Below are positions 52,410-62,443 of a stretch of DNA of 64,000 nt, piece after piece. The stretch is from Spirochaetia bacterium (lineage in GTDB: Bacteria; Spirochaetota; Spirochaetia; CADAEX01): NCBI GenBank assembly GCA_963662795.1, contig OY759746.1, positions 1,952,001-2,016,000 on the forward strand, read 5' to 3'. The notes below the pieces were generated by a model that worked only from the letters and a program-made list of their open reading frames with translations, did not search any database and was not told where the DNA came from. Position 1 is the stretch's first letter. Every line of letters begins with the position of its first letter. Made by a program: the position numbers and the translations under genes.

Positions 52410-52802
52410 ACAATTGTAGAAATTGAGGAAGAATGGGATAAAATAGTTATAAAGCAAAAGAACAAGACTAATTTAAAAAAGTTGTTTAAGAACATAGATA
52501 TTAATAATCTTCATGGCGAAATAAAAATTGAAGCCCCAGAGGGAAAAGACCTAAATTAGCAATATCAACAGATGAATATAATGGAAAAGAGAGACTTGTG
52601 GTATTCTTTTCTATAAATCAGTAAAGAAAAATGGTATCCATTCGAAGTGAAGATAGAAAGCAGTAAAATAGATGAAGTAATATTATTAGAATAATTTTAA
52701 AGTCTTGACTGGAAAAGTAGGAATTCAGAGTTTATAGTAAAAGTAAGTAAAGAAGAAATAAAAGAAGTGATAGATAAAAGCAGTGTATTGCTATTTGAAT
52801 AA
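52410..52802 (+). pseudogene. mazEF: Decayed mazEF copy
   Basis: Aligns to 769-1248 with two internal deletions and stops. Confidence 0.85.
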
Positions 52803-52818
52803 AAATCCCGGAATAAGA

Positions 52819-53068
52819 AATCAATCTGCCGTCCATGGCAGATTGATTAAGGCGGGGGACACTGCAGCTAACAGCGAATGACCGGTTCCGGCTGTTTCTA
52901 AGGAAGCAGCCTCCACCCAAATTGCCGAAATAATACATGTTAAGAATAATGGAATAGAGTATAAACTTTTGGAGTGAAAAACATCATCGGCAACTTCGGT
53001 CATTCGCGGGACGTTATCCACAATGCCCCCACAAGAGAAAATCGCCCGGACCTCCGGCCGACGGGCGA
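52819..53068. repeat. Junction R32 (C; gamma; A)
   Basis: TAAC 52869, GTT 53013. Confidence 0.88.
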
Positions 53069-53142
53069 AGAAAATACAACATGCAGTATAATTTATTCAA
53101 TAACCCAAATAAATAGTTTTCAAGAATATTGATATGTTTTAC
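53069..53142 (+). other. attI-like leader (diverged)
   Basis: AAATAGTTTTC..TGATAT|GTTTTAC; no inner attC found downstream. Confidence 0.45.
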
Positions 53143-53204
53143 AGATAGTTGAAATGGATTATAATGTTGTTGACTAAAAAAAATATAAAAAATACAAATG
53201 AGAT

Positions 53205-55010
53205 ATGTCTATGGGTTTTTTTAAAAAAAATAAGGTAATTCAAATAAAAGATAATTCAGAAAATGAAAATCAAGATATTAAACTGATTGATAGGCCAAAA
53301 ATATGTTGTTTTGATATAGAAAGCAATGACTATATAATTCTTGAAAAGGAAGGGTTTAATCTCTATTCTGGTTCTCTAGGGAATAAAATTAAAGTTCCTA
53401 ATTCAAGGAGAAGTGATAATCATCAACTCTTACTTATAAATGATTTTCCAAGAAATATACATGAATATGATATTTTCATTCTTGATTTGGCTAATTTTAA
53501 AATTATGGATTATAATGTTGAAGAACATATTCGAAAGCATCATACAGGTAAATCAGCTTTATCATTATTAAGTAGTTATCCAGAAACTATTTTTGATCCC
53601 AGACCACTAAGCAGTCGAATATTAAGAGATGAATTAAAAAAAATTGGGGATCGAAAAAATATTATTATTGTTTTTGGATCTAGTTCTTATGAAATTGAAT
53701 ATGAGCCAATTAAAGTGACTGAAGGGTACATTGAAAAACAACCTATAGAAAAATACAATATATATTCATTTGTAGATTATGCTCCATTAAAAGAAGCTAA
53801 ATTTGGAAAAGAAATATCTGCTTGTGAAATAAGAAATGACTTTCGAAAATTGCTTGAAAATCATTGCAATCAAGCTGTTTATGAGCAAACATACTATCAT
53901 CCATCAAGATGGAAAGGTAATGAGCAAATTTGGGATAAAAATTATATACCTTTATTAAAGAATATGAGTGATGAAATTGTTTCGATTTCTGAGTTTAATA
54001 AGAATACATGGATATTATATCTACCGCAAATAGAAAAAAAAGGGGATTTTTTAAAATCATTTCTAATGGATATTGCTCCAAGTGTTTTTTCTGATATTTT
54101 CCCATTTGCAACAACTTTTTGTTGGAAAAATGAAGAAGAATATTATTTACCGAATCAAAAAAAGATTATTGAAGAAAAAGAATTGATTATTAAAGAATAT
54201 GAACAAAAGATATTGGAGAAAGATAAAGAAATTAAAGACAATGCTTTAAAATATTCCTTTCTGCATAAAATATTAACAGAGACAGGTGAAGAATTAGTAA
54301 ATGCATTAGTTATATATTTGAATTGGCTAGGTTTTGAAAAAATAAAAAAAATAGACGAAGAAAAAGATGACAATGATATTTTAGAAGAAGATATTCAAAT
54401 AGAATTTGATGAGGGATTATTAATAATCGAATGTAAAGGTATCGGCGGGACATCAACAGATTCAGATTGCAGTCAAATATCTAAAATAAAACATAGAAGG
54501 TGTAGAGAAAGGAATAAATTCGATGTTTATGCTTTATATATTGTGAATCATCAACGTTTTCAGCCTCCATCGAAAAGGAATAATCCTCCTTTTTCTAAAA
54601 ACCAAATAAGTGATTCGATAAATGATGAGAGAGGATTATTATCCACTTGGCAATTATTTACATTATATCAAGAAATTGAAAATGGGATTATTAATAAGGT
54701 TGATGCAAGGAAGGCATTACTTCAGTTCGGATTGATCAATTTTACTCCAGAGAATATTGTCTATATTGATGAACCAAAAGAAATATTTATGGATGGCTCT
54801 GTGTGTATTATTAATATTGAAGGAATAGAATTGAAAATTGGAGATGAAATAATAATTGAAAAAAATAAGTGTTATAAGAAAGCTATTATAATTGAATTGC
54901 AAGTTAATAATATTTCAGTTCAGAAGGTTAATGAAGGGGAAGTTGGTATTAAGCTAGATGTTGGAGTAAAGAAAAAATCAAAATTATGGAAAAAGCAGAG
55001 AAACAATTAA
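53205..55010 (+). CDS. Hypothetical protein with PD-(D/E)XK-like motif and C-terminal beta-barrel
   Basis: EDIQIE..IIECKG; GxLKIGD..EVGIK C-terminus. Confidence 0.6.
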   Translation: MSMGFFKKNKVIQIKDNSENENQDIKLIDRPKICCFDIESNDYIILEKEGFNLYSGSLGNKIKVPNSRRSDNHQLLLINDFPRNIHEYDIFILDLANFKIMDYNVEEHIRKHHTGKSALSLLSSYPETIFDPRPLSSRILRDELKKIGDRKNIIIVFGSSSYEIEYEPIKVTEGYIEKQPIEKYNIYSFVDYAPLKEAKFGKEISACEIRNDFRKLLENHCNQAVYEQTYYHPSRWKGNEQIWDKNYIPLLKNMSDEIVSISEFNKNTWILYLPQIEKKGDFLKSFLMDIAPSVFSDIFPFATTFCWKNEEEYYLPNQKKIIEEKELIIKEYEQKILEKDKEIKDNALKYSFLHKILTETGEELVNALVIYLNWLGFEKIKKIDEEKDDNDILEEDIQIEFDEGLLIIECKGIGGTSTDSDCSQISKIKHRRCRERNKFDVYALYIVNHQRFQPPSKRNNPPFSKNQISDSINDERGLLSTWQLFTLYQEIENGIINKVDARKALLQFGLINFTPENIVYIDEPKEIFMDGSVCIINIEGIELKIGDEIIIEKNKCYKKAIIIELQVNNISVQKVNEGEVGIKLDVGVKKKSKLWKKQRNN

Positions 55011-55070
55011 TACTTAGCTTTGATATAAAAATATATATGCAGTTAGAGTAATTACCTTGCAATATAATAA

Positions 55071-55343
55071 GTCCGGCCTTGGCTTCCAGCCGTACGGCCT
55101 GGACAAGAAGTGGGGGCACTGGTGGATAACAGCGGTTCAAGCGCTTCGCTCGGATTACCTCGCTTGGCCTTCGGCATATTTTGTTGTCATTAAACACTTC
55201 AGTAAATCTTCTATTCTTTATAAGTATGAGAATAAGAACAAAATTATTATAGAGTTTGAGCCACAAAACATCGCTTAACCGCGGGACGTTATCCACAATG
55301 CCCCCACAAGATGCGATCGCCCGGACCTCCGGCCGACGGGCGA
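55071..55343. repeat. Junction R33 (A; alpha'/alpha mosaic; A)
   Basis: TAAC 55127, GTT 55288. Confidence 0.9.
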
Positions 55344-55398
55344 GGATATACAGTATAAATAATATATGTTAGCTTGATGTTTCGTGCAGGAGAAAAAA

Positions 55399-55704
55399 AT
55401 GAAGAATCGAAAGATATTTATCAGTATGTTAATCAGCATTTTAATATGCACCTTATTAGTTTTAAAGTATCTAATTCAAGTAACTTTATTTCTTTTCCCT
55501 TTATGCTCAGCAGTATTTGGTATCGGACAGGAAGCATGTTCTGTTGGAATTATTGGTGGTGCAGATGGGCCGACAACAGTGTTTTTATCATCACCATATA
55601 GATATATATTTCTTATGCCAGCCCTTGAGTTTCTTGGAATAATTTTCATTTTGATTACATTATTACAATGTCATAGTAAATTTAAAAAAAATGTCCCTGA
55701 ATAG
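55399..55704 (+). CDS. Small membrane protein with OadB-like GIIGGADGPT motif
   Basis: SVGIIGGADGPTTVF between TMs. Confidence 0.7.
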   Translation: MKNRKIFISMLISILICTLLVLKYLIQVTLFLFPLCSAVFGIGQEACSVGIIGGADGPTTVFLSSPYRYIFLMPALEFLGIIFILITLLQCHSKFKKNVPE

Positions 55705-55800
55705 TTTTCAGTTCATCAGTAGAATATTGCTAGTATGGTATGAATAGAATATGGATAGCCATTGAAAGAAAGTCATTTTTATAAAAATGGGGATGATATA

Positions 55801-56211
55801 ATGAAAAAGGTATTATTTGCTATTGTATTTACTTTTTGTCTTTTTGCAGTGCATGGAGATAGTAAAATAATGGATATTGAGAATATTCCGATACAAGTTA
55901 ATGATATATTTTCAGGACAAGGATTTACATTGAAATTAGATAACAATAGATATTTCGTATTACGAGAATATTATGGTTCCGGAGTCGATGTTGCCTGTAG
56001 AATTTTGTACGATGTTAATCTTGTTTCAGATTATCAAATAGATTTTGATAAAATCAATCATATGTCAAGTAAGCAGAATGTTGAAGATGATAAATTTATT
56101 TTACGGATAGAAAATGATGAGGTGGAACTTTTCATTAATGGTTTACAGATTGAAATTGTAAATAAAATTGAATTAGTAAATACCCTAAAATGTATAAATA
56201 AATCTTACTAA
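55801..56211 (+). CDS. Secreted hypothetical protein
   Basis: MKKVLFAIV signal peptide. Confidence 0.6.
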   Translation: MKKVLFAIVFTFCLFAVHGDSKIMDIENIPIQVNDIFSGQGFTLKLDNNRYFVLREYYGSGVDVACRILYDVNLVSDYQIDFDKINHMSSKQNVEDDKFILRIENDEVELFINGLQIEIVNKIELVNTLKCINKSY

Positions 56212-56228
56212 TAAACACTGGTAAGGAA

Positions 56229-56498
56229 GTCCGGCCTTGGCTCCGCCGTACGGCTAGGACAAGAAGTGGGGACACTGGTGGATAACAGAGGATAATGCGC
56301 TTCGCTCCCTTTGGTCGCTTGGGCTTTGCCACACATCGTAGGTTTTAAACTATAACTTTTAGAAACAATAAATATTTGAAGAAATAAATTACAACTTTGA
56401 GCTTTTGTTTTTTATCTACGATGCGTCGCTTATCCTCGGGACGTTATCCACAATGCCCCCACAAGATGCAATCGCCCGGACCTCCGGCCGACGGGCGA
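56229..56498. repeat. Junction R34 (A; alpha; A)
   Basis: TAAC 56283, GTT 56443. Confidence 0.9.
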
Positions 56499-56572
56499 AG
56501 AAAATATAATTTACAATATAATATAAACTATACACAGAATATATGGATTTCTTGTTATTCAATATGGTATAT
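56499..56572 (+). other. attI-like leader (diverged)
   Basis: ATATATGGATTTCTTGTTATTCAATAT|GGTATAT. Confidence 0.55.
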
Positions 56573-56591
56573 TATTCTTTGGAGGTAATGT

Positions 56592-57446
56592 TTGAATATT
56601 CCTAATTCGCAAATTGAAAGTTGGCAAAATCAGGGAGCGCAAAGCGCATCAATCAATTCACATACTTCGATAAGAACCGCAATAGAAAATATTACTCAAG
56701 AATTTAATTTTGAAATATTCCTTCAAGGTTCTTATAAAAATCATACAAATATACGTGGTGACAGCGATGTAGATGTTGTAATCAATATAAAGGAAATGTT
56801 TTATCATAATTTAAATGAATATGAAGCAAAACAGGTCGGAATTATACCTGCGGCTTTTACTTGGCATGACTATGAAAAAAGAATTAAATATTGTCTAAAT
56901 GAGTACTATACACAAAAACCTATTCGTGTGGGAGCTAAATCAATCAAAATTGATTTTCAAAATTCGTCTTATGTTCCTGCTGATGTTGTAATTACCACAG
57001 ATTATCGATTCTATACTTCCTTAACTCATTATATAGAAGGTATTTGTCTGTTTAACCGAACAAACAACAATTTAATTGTAAACTATCCAAAACAACATTT
57101 TGATAATGGAAATTCTAAATCAACAAGAACAGATGGGAATTTTCGGAAGTATGTTCGCTTGATTAAAAATGCACGAAATTGGATTTTAGAAAATTATATT
57201 CCTCCTAGTTTTAATGCTCCCTCATATTTTATCGAATCTCTACTTTATAATTGTAATGACTTATTACTTAAACAAACTCCTGAAGAATTTCTAAGATATG
57301 CCATTAATATGTGGGAATACAACAATGAGACAGATCAAAAATGCCAAAATGAGATTTCCCCTCTCTATGGAATTGATGATACTTCTTGGAATCATCATAA
57401 TAAAGTTCAATTTGCTGCAGCCTTACGTAATCTATTTGGAGTTTAA
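56592..57446 (+). CDS. CBASS CD-NTase (CdnE-like)
   Basis: QGSYKNHTNIRGDSDVDV, NYPKQH, PSYFIESLLYN. Confidence 0.88.
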   Translation: MNIPNSQIESWQNQGAQSASINSHTSIRTAIENITQEFNFEIFLQGSYKNHTNIRGDSDVDVVINIKEMFYHNLNEYEAKQVGIIPAAFTWHDYEKRIKYCLNEYYTQKPIRVGAKSIKIDFQNSSYVPADVVITTDYRFYTSLTHYIEGICLFNRTNNNLIVNYPKQHFDNGNSKSTRTDGNFRKYVRLIKNARNWILENYIPPSFNAPSYFIESLLYNCNDLLLKQTPEEFLRYAINMWEYNNETDQKCQNEISPLYGIDDTSWNHHNKVQFAAALRNLFGV

Positions 57447-57449
57447 TTA

Positions 57450-58016
57450 ATGCATAAATATTACACCGACTCAACATCCGAACTATATGTCCAATTTTTC
57501 TTAGGAGCTATTTCATTACTATTTGGTTTCTTTATATCAATGTTACCTATTCATAATCCATTCTCTTGGGTTATTTCTGCTCCAAGTGCTTTATCGATAT
57601 TTAGCATCCTGAATTATTTGTTTTCAAAAATTGGTTGGAAAATGCTATCAAAAATGATATCGGCAATTCCAGATTTAAATGGAACATACTCAGCAAAAAT
57701 ATTTTCAGATTCAGAATCTGAAAAGTTTGATTCTGAAGTTACTTTAACTATTCGACAAACATGGAAGAAGATATCAATTATTCTTACAAGCAGATATTCT
57801 AGATCTGAAAGTATTTCTGCGGCTTTTTATTCAGGTGGTGAAAAGCTTATTTATAACTATAAAAATGAGCCTTTATATGATTCAGTTGATACAATGAATA
57901 TACACCGTGGTACTGCAGAATTCCTTATTGAAGATAAACAACTAAAGAGTGGAAATTATTATAATGATAGACATCGAAAGACATCAGGCGTCATAAGAGA
58001 AATAAAGAAAATATAA
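57450..58016 (+). CDS. CBASS Cap15-like 2TM beta-strand effector
   Basis: 2 TMs; PDLNGTY, IRQTW, YNYKNEP, HRGT, YYNDR. Confidence 0.82.
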   Translation: MHKYYTDSTSELYVQFFLGAISLLFGFFISMLPIHNPFSWVISAPSALSIFSILNYLFSKIGWKMLSKMISAIPDLNGTYSAKIFSDSESEKFDSEVTLTIRQTWKKISIILTSRYSRSESISAAFYSGGEKLIYNYKNEPLYDSVDTMNIHRGTAEFLIEDKQLKSGNYYNDRHRKTSGVIREIKKI

Positions 58017-58128
58017 CAATTGAATCGAGAACAATTTTACTTTATCATTGTTTTGCTTCTGTCTAAAAAATATGTGCCAAATGCTTGTTTTGTGCAAGTT
58101 TGAAAAATATCTCAACACATTGTAAATT
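58011..58128. repeat. Eroded classical attC (inner)
   Basis: ATATAAC..TTTATCA..TTTTGC..GTGCCAA remnants; R' lost. Confidence 0.45.
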
Positions 58129-58152
58129 ACTAAAATTACCAGCACAGAAAAA

Positions 58153-58428
58153 GTCCGGCCTTGGCTCCGCCGTACGGCCTGGACAAGAAGTGGGGGCACT
58201 GGTGGATAACAGAGGATAAAGCGCTTCGCACGGAGTACCTCGCTTGGCCTGACGGCATATTTTACTATCATATAAATCAAAATAATTGATAGTTATCCTT
58301 TTTATATTTTGTTAATAAAATAAAAGCAATTTCTATAGTTATAACCGTAAAACATCGCTTATCCTCGGGACGTTATGCTCAATACCAGCCGCAAGAGGAA
58401 ACCGCCCGGACCTCCGGCCCACGGGCGA
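58153..58428. repeat. Junction R35 (A; alpha; G)
   Basis: TAAC 58207, GTT 58372. Confidence 0.9.
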
Positions 58429-58509
58429 AGAGAATTACCAAACAGATAAACAATCATCACAGCGCTTTGCGCTGTTTATTTTTATTATTTAAAGGAATAC
58501 TGTTAAATC

Positions 58510-59391
58510 ATGAGAGAATTTAAATATTATAAGGTAGATGCTTTTACATCAGGTAAGTCTTTAGGAAATTCTGCCGCTTTTATTGATACAGGGAACATAG
58601 AATTAACCAGTGAAGAAATGTTGAAAATTGGAAAAGAACATAAGGGTTTTGTTTCAGAAATAGTATTTTGTAATAAATCATATAAAGCAGATGTTAAACT
58701 TATTTATTATTCTTCAGAATGTGAAGTTAGTTTTTGTGGTCATGGAACAATAGCAACTATGTATGAATTAATAATAAATAAAAACGAATTAATGGAAAAA
58801 GAGGAAATAATTATAGAAACTAATAAAAAAGGATTATTAAAAGTTTATAATAAAATGCCAAATGAAAACGCAGTATTTATAACTGCCCCAAAACCTGTCT
58901 GGAATAAAGTATCAGTTTCAATTAAAGATATTGCATTAGCTTTGAAAATAAAAGAAAAAGAAATATCTCTTGAATTACCTTTAGATTTTATTGATGCAGG
59001 TCTTAGAACATTAATAGTGCCAATTGAGAAATATGAAAAAGAAATATCAATTTATTCAGAGCAGGAAGAATTAAGACTATTTTGTATAAAAAATGAAATA
59101 GACATAATTCTCATATTTACAAAAGAAGCAAGTAAAAAAGAATATATAGCCCATACACGAGTTTTTGCCCCTAAGTTCGGCTATTTGGAAGATCCTGCAA
59201 CAGGCTCTGGAAATAGTGCCTTTGGTTATTATATGCTGAAAAACAAAATGTGGAATGGAGGAATGGTAAGTATAGAGCAGGGTGGAGAAAATATAGTTTT
59301 TAATGAAATTAAGTTGACGACTAATAATGGTGAAGTGCTATTTGGCGGGAAAGCAACAAAGAGAATAGAAGGAATGTATTTTTTAGAATAA
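58510..59391 (+). CDS. PhzF family isomerase
   Basis: VDAFT..GN, EVSFCGHGT, EDPATGS, EQG. Confidence 0.88.
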   Translation: MREFKYYKVDAFTSGKSLGNSAAFIDTGNIELTSEEMLKIGKEHKGFVSEIVFCNKSYKADVKLIYYSSECEVSFCGHGTIATMYELIINKNELMEKEEIIIETNKKGLLKVYNKMPNENAVFITAPKPVWNKVSVSIKDIALALKIKEKEISLELPLDFIDAGLRTLIVPIEKYEKEISIYSEQEELRLFCIKNEIDIILIFTKEASKKEYIAHTRVFAPKFGYLEDPATGSGNSAFGYYMLKNKMWNGGMVSIEQGGENIVFNEIKLTTNNGEVLFGGKATKRIEGMYFLE

Positions 59392-59443
59392 ATTATTTAA
59401 AACATAATAAACTGTAAATGCAGTCTTAATGAAAAAAAAAGAA

Positions 59444-59714
59444 GTCCGGCCTTGGCGGTGCCGTGCGGCCTGGACAAGAAGCGGCTGGTACTGGAGCATA
59501 ACAGAGGATAAAGCGCTACGCTCGGAGTACCTCGCTTGGGCTTCGCCACACATCGTAGGTTTTGAACTACAACTTCAATAATCAACAAGTTTTGAAGAAA
59601 AATATTGTAACTTTGAATTATTCATTCTTAGTTTACGATGCGTCGCTTATCCTCAGGACGTTATACGTAATGGCCAGGCAAGAGAAATCGCCCGGACCTC
59701 CGGCCGACGGGCGA
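59444..59714. repeat. Junction R36 (G; alpha; F)
   Basis: TAAC 59499, GTT 59660. Confidence 0.9.
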
Positions 59715-59756
59715 GGATATTAAATGTAGTACATTATAATAAATATTAGGTGAGGT

Positions 59757-62057
59757 ATGAAAATGGAAGATGTTGAAATAATTCGATTACTTGGAATGGA
59801 ACTTAAAAGAGATTTTATTAAAATTATCGGAAGCACAGAATATAATTATACTTATTCACAAAATGAAAAACAACAAGTATCAGCAATACACATAAATCAT
59901 TTTGGACTAAAAAAGATACCTGATTTAATATTTTCTTTAAAAAATTTAATTATATTAGATTTAAACTATAACTATCTTACAATGATACCAGAAAAAATAC
60001 TTGAACTTAATAAACTTGATGAATTATGGCTATGTAATAACGATATACAAGAAATACCTGAATTCGTATTAAAAAATAGTAAATTGAAAATATATGCCAG
60101 AGATAATCCTTTGATTAAACCCCCGCAGGTAATTGTTAATATTGGCATGATGGCAATTAAAAAATACTACAATGAATTAAAAATAAATCCAGAAATTAAA
60201 ATTATAAATGAGGCAAAATTAATAATTCTTGGAGAAGGTAGTGTTGGAAAGACATGTTTAAAAGATAGGCTTATTTATAATCGATTTAATGAACAAAATA
60301 GAACGCAAGGAATAAATATTGATTCATTAAAAATACGAAATCCACAAAATGATGATGATATTAAACTTAATTTATGGGATTTTGGAGGGCAAGAAATATA
60401 TCATTCAACACATCAATTTTTTTTAACAAAAAGATCAATGTATATTCTAGTTTGGAATGCTCGGAAATCTAAAGATTATGAACATATTTATAAATGGTTA
60501 AATATAATAGATGCATATTCCGAACAAAGCCCAATATTGATTGTAATGACAAAAAAAGATGAAATGGATGATGATTTAAATATGAATTATATAAAAAATA
60601 AATATCCACAAGTTAAAGAAATGTTAAAGGTCAACAATAAAACATGTGAAGGAATATCTGAATTAATTAAAGCACTTCAAGAGTATACGTGGGAAATACC
60701 AGTAATGCGCACTCCTTGGATTGAAAGTTGGTTTAGTGTTAGACGGGAAATAGAAAAAAAAATTGAAAACTGGATATTCTATGATGAGTTTAAGAAATTA
60801 TGTATTGCGAATGGAGTAATTGAAAATAACATTAGTTTAATAGACGAATATCTACATGATATTGGGGTTATTATACATTATAAAGATGATATTAATTTAA
60901 AAAGCATTGTAATTTTGAAACCACAATGGGCAACAAATGCAGTATATAAAATATTAGATTATAATCCTGTAAGAAATGCAAATGGAATATTAAAAGCCGA
61001 TTGGCTAACTGAAATATGGGATTCTGAATTATATCCATCAGCAACTCATAGTATTCTAATGAATATTATGAATAGATTTGAATTGTCTTATGAATTAAAA
61101 GGTAAAAATAGTTATTTAGTTGCTGAATTATTACCAAATAAGTATTTACAAATATTTTGGAATCCGGTTGAAGAAATTAAATTATCTTATAGATATGACT
61201 TTTTACCAACTGGAATATTGACTAGGTTTATAGTGTTAATTCACGATTATATAATAAAAGATAAAAATGATATGCCAATTTGTTCTCGAGAAGGTGTTTA
61301 TATTTCTTATAAAAAATCTAAAGCCTTGGTATTATTAAATATTGCTGATAAAAAAATTGATATTAGTGTAGATGGTGAAAATCAAAGAGATTTTTTAAGT
61401 ATTATTAGTTATCAATTTGATTTAATAAATTCAAAAATCAATTCTATAAGCTTTAAAAAAGAGGTTCCATGTTCTTGCTCCCAAGATTGCATCAAGAATT
61501 GGGATTATGAAAATTTATTAAAATTGGAAAGGAAAGGGATAAATGATATACGCTGTGATGAAAGTGGTCTAGTATTAAATATCAATAAGTTGCTTGATGG
61601 TTATGCGGCTTCTGAGAATAGACATGGATTAATTACAGACGGTGTAATTAAGAGTCGAGTACATTTAACAGTCCAGAATAATATATTTCAAAGTAATAAT
61701 CAAAATGTAAATTTGAATATCACTATAGATGTTTATACTGCTTTACCTCAATTACAAACCGAATTATATAGATTATCAGAATTGATTGCAAAAACCAAAC
61801 CTAATATTGATATTGAAAAAATGATTGAAATAATTGATAATTTAAGCCCGGGTATGAATGAAAATAAATTTATTTCTCCAATGAATAAACTACGAAGATT
61901 GTTAGATGATGCTTTTGATGAAACATCAAAAACTGGTAAGATTATAAAAAAATCGACAAAGATAATGAAAGTAGTACAGAATATTGCAAAATTGTATAAT
62001 CAATTTGCACAGTGGTTAATGTTACCACAAGTTCCTGTTGTTTTTTTAGGTAAGTAA
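59757..62057 (+). CDS. LRR-Roc-COR (Roco) GTPase
   Basis: LRRs; GEGSVGKT, T.GI, WDFGGQEIY..THQFF, TKKD; COR LHDIG..LKPQW. Confidence 0.9.
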   Translation: MKMEDVEIIRLLGMELKRDFIKIIGSTEYNYTYSQNEKQQVSAIHINHFGLKKIPDLIFSLKNLIILDLNYNYLTMIPEKILELNKLDELWLCNNDIQEIPEFVLKNSKLKIYARDNPLIKPPQVIVNIGMMAIKKYYNELKINPEIKIINEAKLIILGEGSVGKTCLKDRLIYNRFNEQNRTQGINIDSLKIRNPQNDDDIKLNLWDFGGQEIYHSTHQFFLTKRSMYILVWNARKSKDYEHIYKWLNIIDAYSEQSPILIVMTKKDEMDDDLNMNYIKNKYPQVKEMLKVNNKTCEGISELIKALQEYTWEIPVMRTPWIESWFSVRREIEKKIENWIFYDEFKKLCIANGVIENNISLIDEYLHDIGVIIHYKDDINLKSIVILKPQWATNAVYKILDYNPVRNANGILKADWLTEIWDSELYPSATHSILMNIMNRFELSYELKGKNSYLVAELLPNKYLQIFWNPVEEIKLSYRYDFLPTGILTRFIVLIHDYIIKDKNDMPICSREGVYISYKKSKALVLLNIADKKIDISVDGENQRDFLSIISYQFDLINSKINSISFKKEVPCSCSQDCIKNWDYENLLKLERKGINDIRCDESGLVLNINKLLDGYAASENRHGLITDGVIKSRVHLTVQNNIFQSNNQNVNLNITIDVYTALPQLQTELYRLSELIAKTKPNIDIEKMIEIIDNLSPGMNENKFISPMNKLRRLLDDAFDETSKTGKIIKKSTKIMKVVQNIAKLYNQFAQWLMLPQVPVVFLGK

Positions 62058-62103
62058 TATTGCATATTTTTACAGGCAGAGTAATTACTTGACACTATAA
62101 TAA

Positions 62104-62393
62104 GTCCAGCCTTGGCTCCGCCGTGCGGCTTGGACAAGAAGCCTGGCCACTACGTATAACAGCGATTATTTCGCTGCGCTCCCTATGGTCGCTTGGGCTC
62201 CTGCCAGTTGAGCTGGCAGATCGCCATATTTTGTTTTCATAAAACCGGAACGGCATGTATTCTATGCTTTTTAAGTTTGAAAAAATTAAATAAAAGTATT
62301 TTAGAGTTTAGCCACAAAACATCGAATAATCGCGAGACGTTAGCAGCAATACGTCCCCAAGAGAAATCGCCCGGACCTCCGGCCGACGGGCGA
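62104..62393. repeat. Junction R37 (F; beta; E)
   Basis: TAAC 62157, GTT 62339. Confidence 0.9.
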
Positions 62394-62443
62394 ATAGGTT
62401 TTTATCTGATTAGGAACGTTTTATAAACAAAATAGAGATAACA

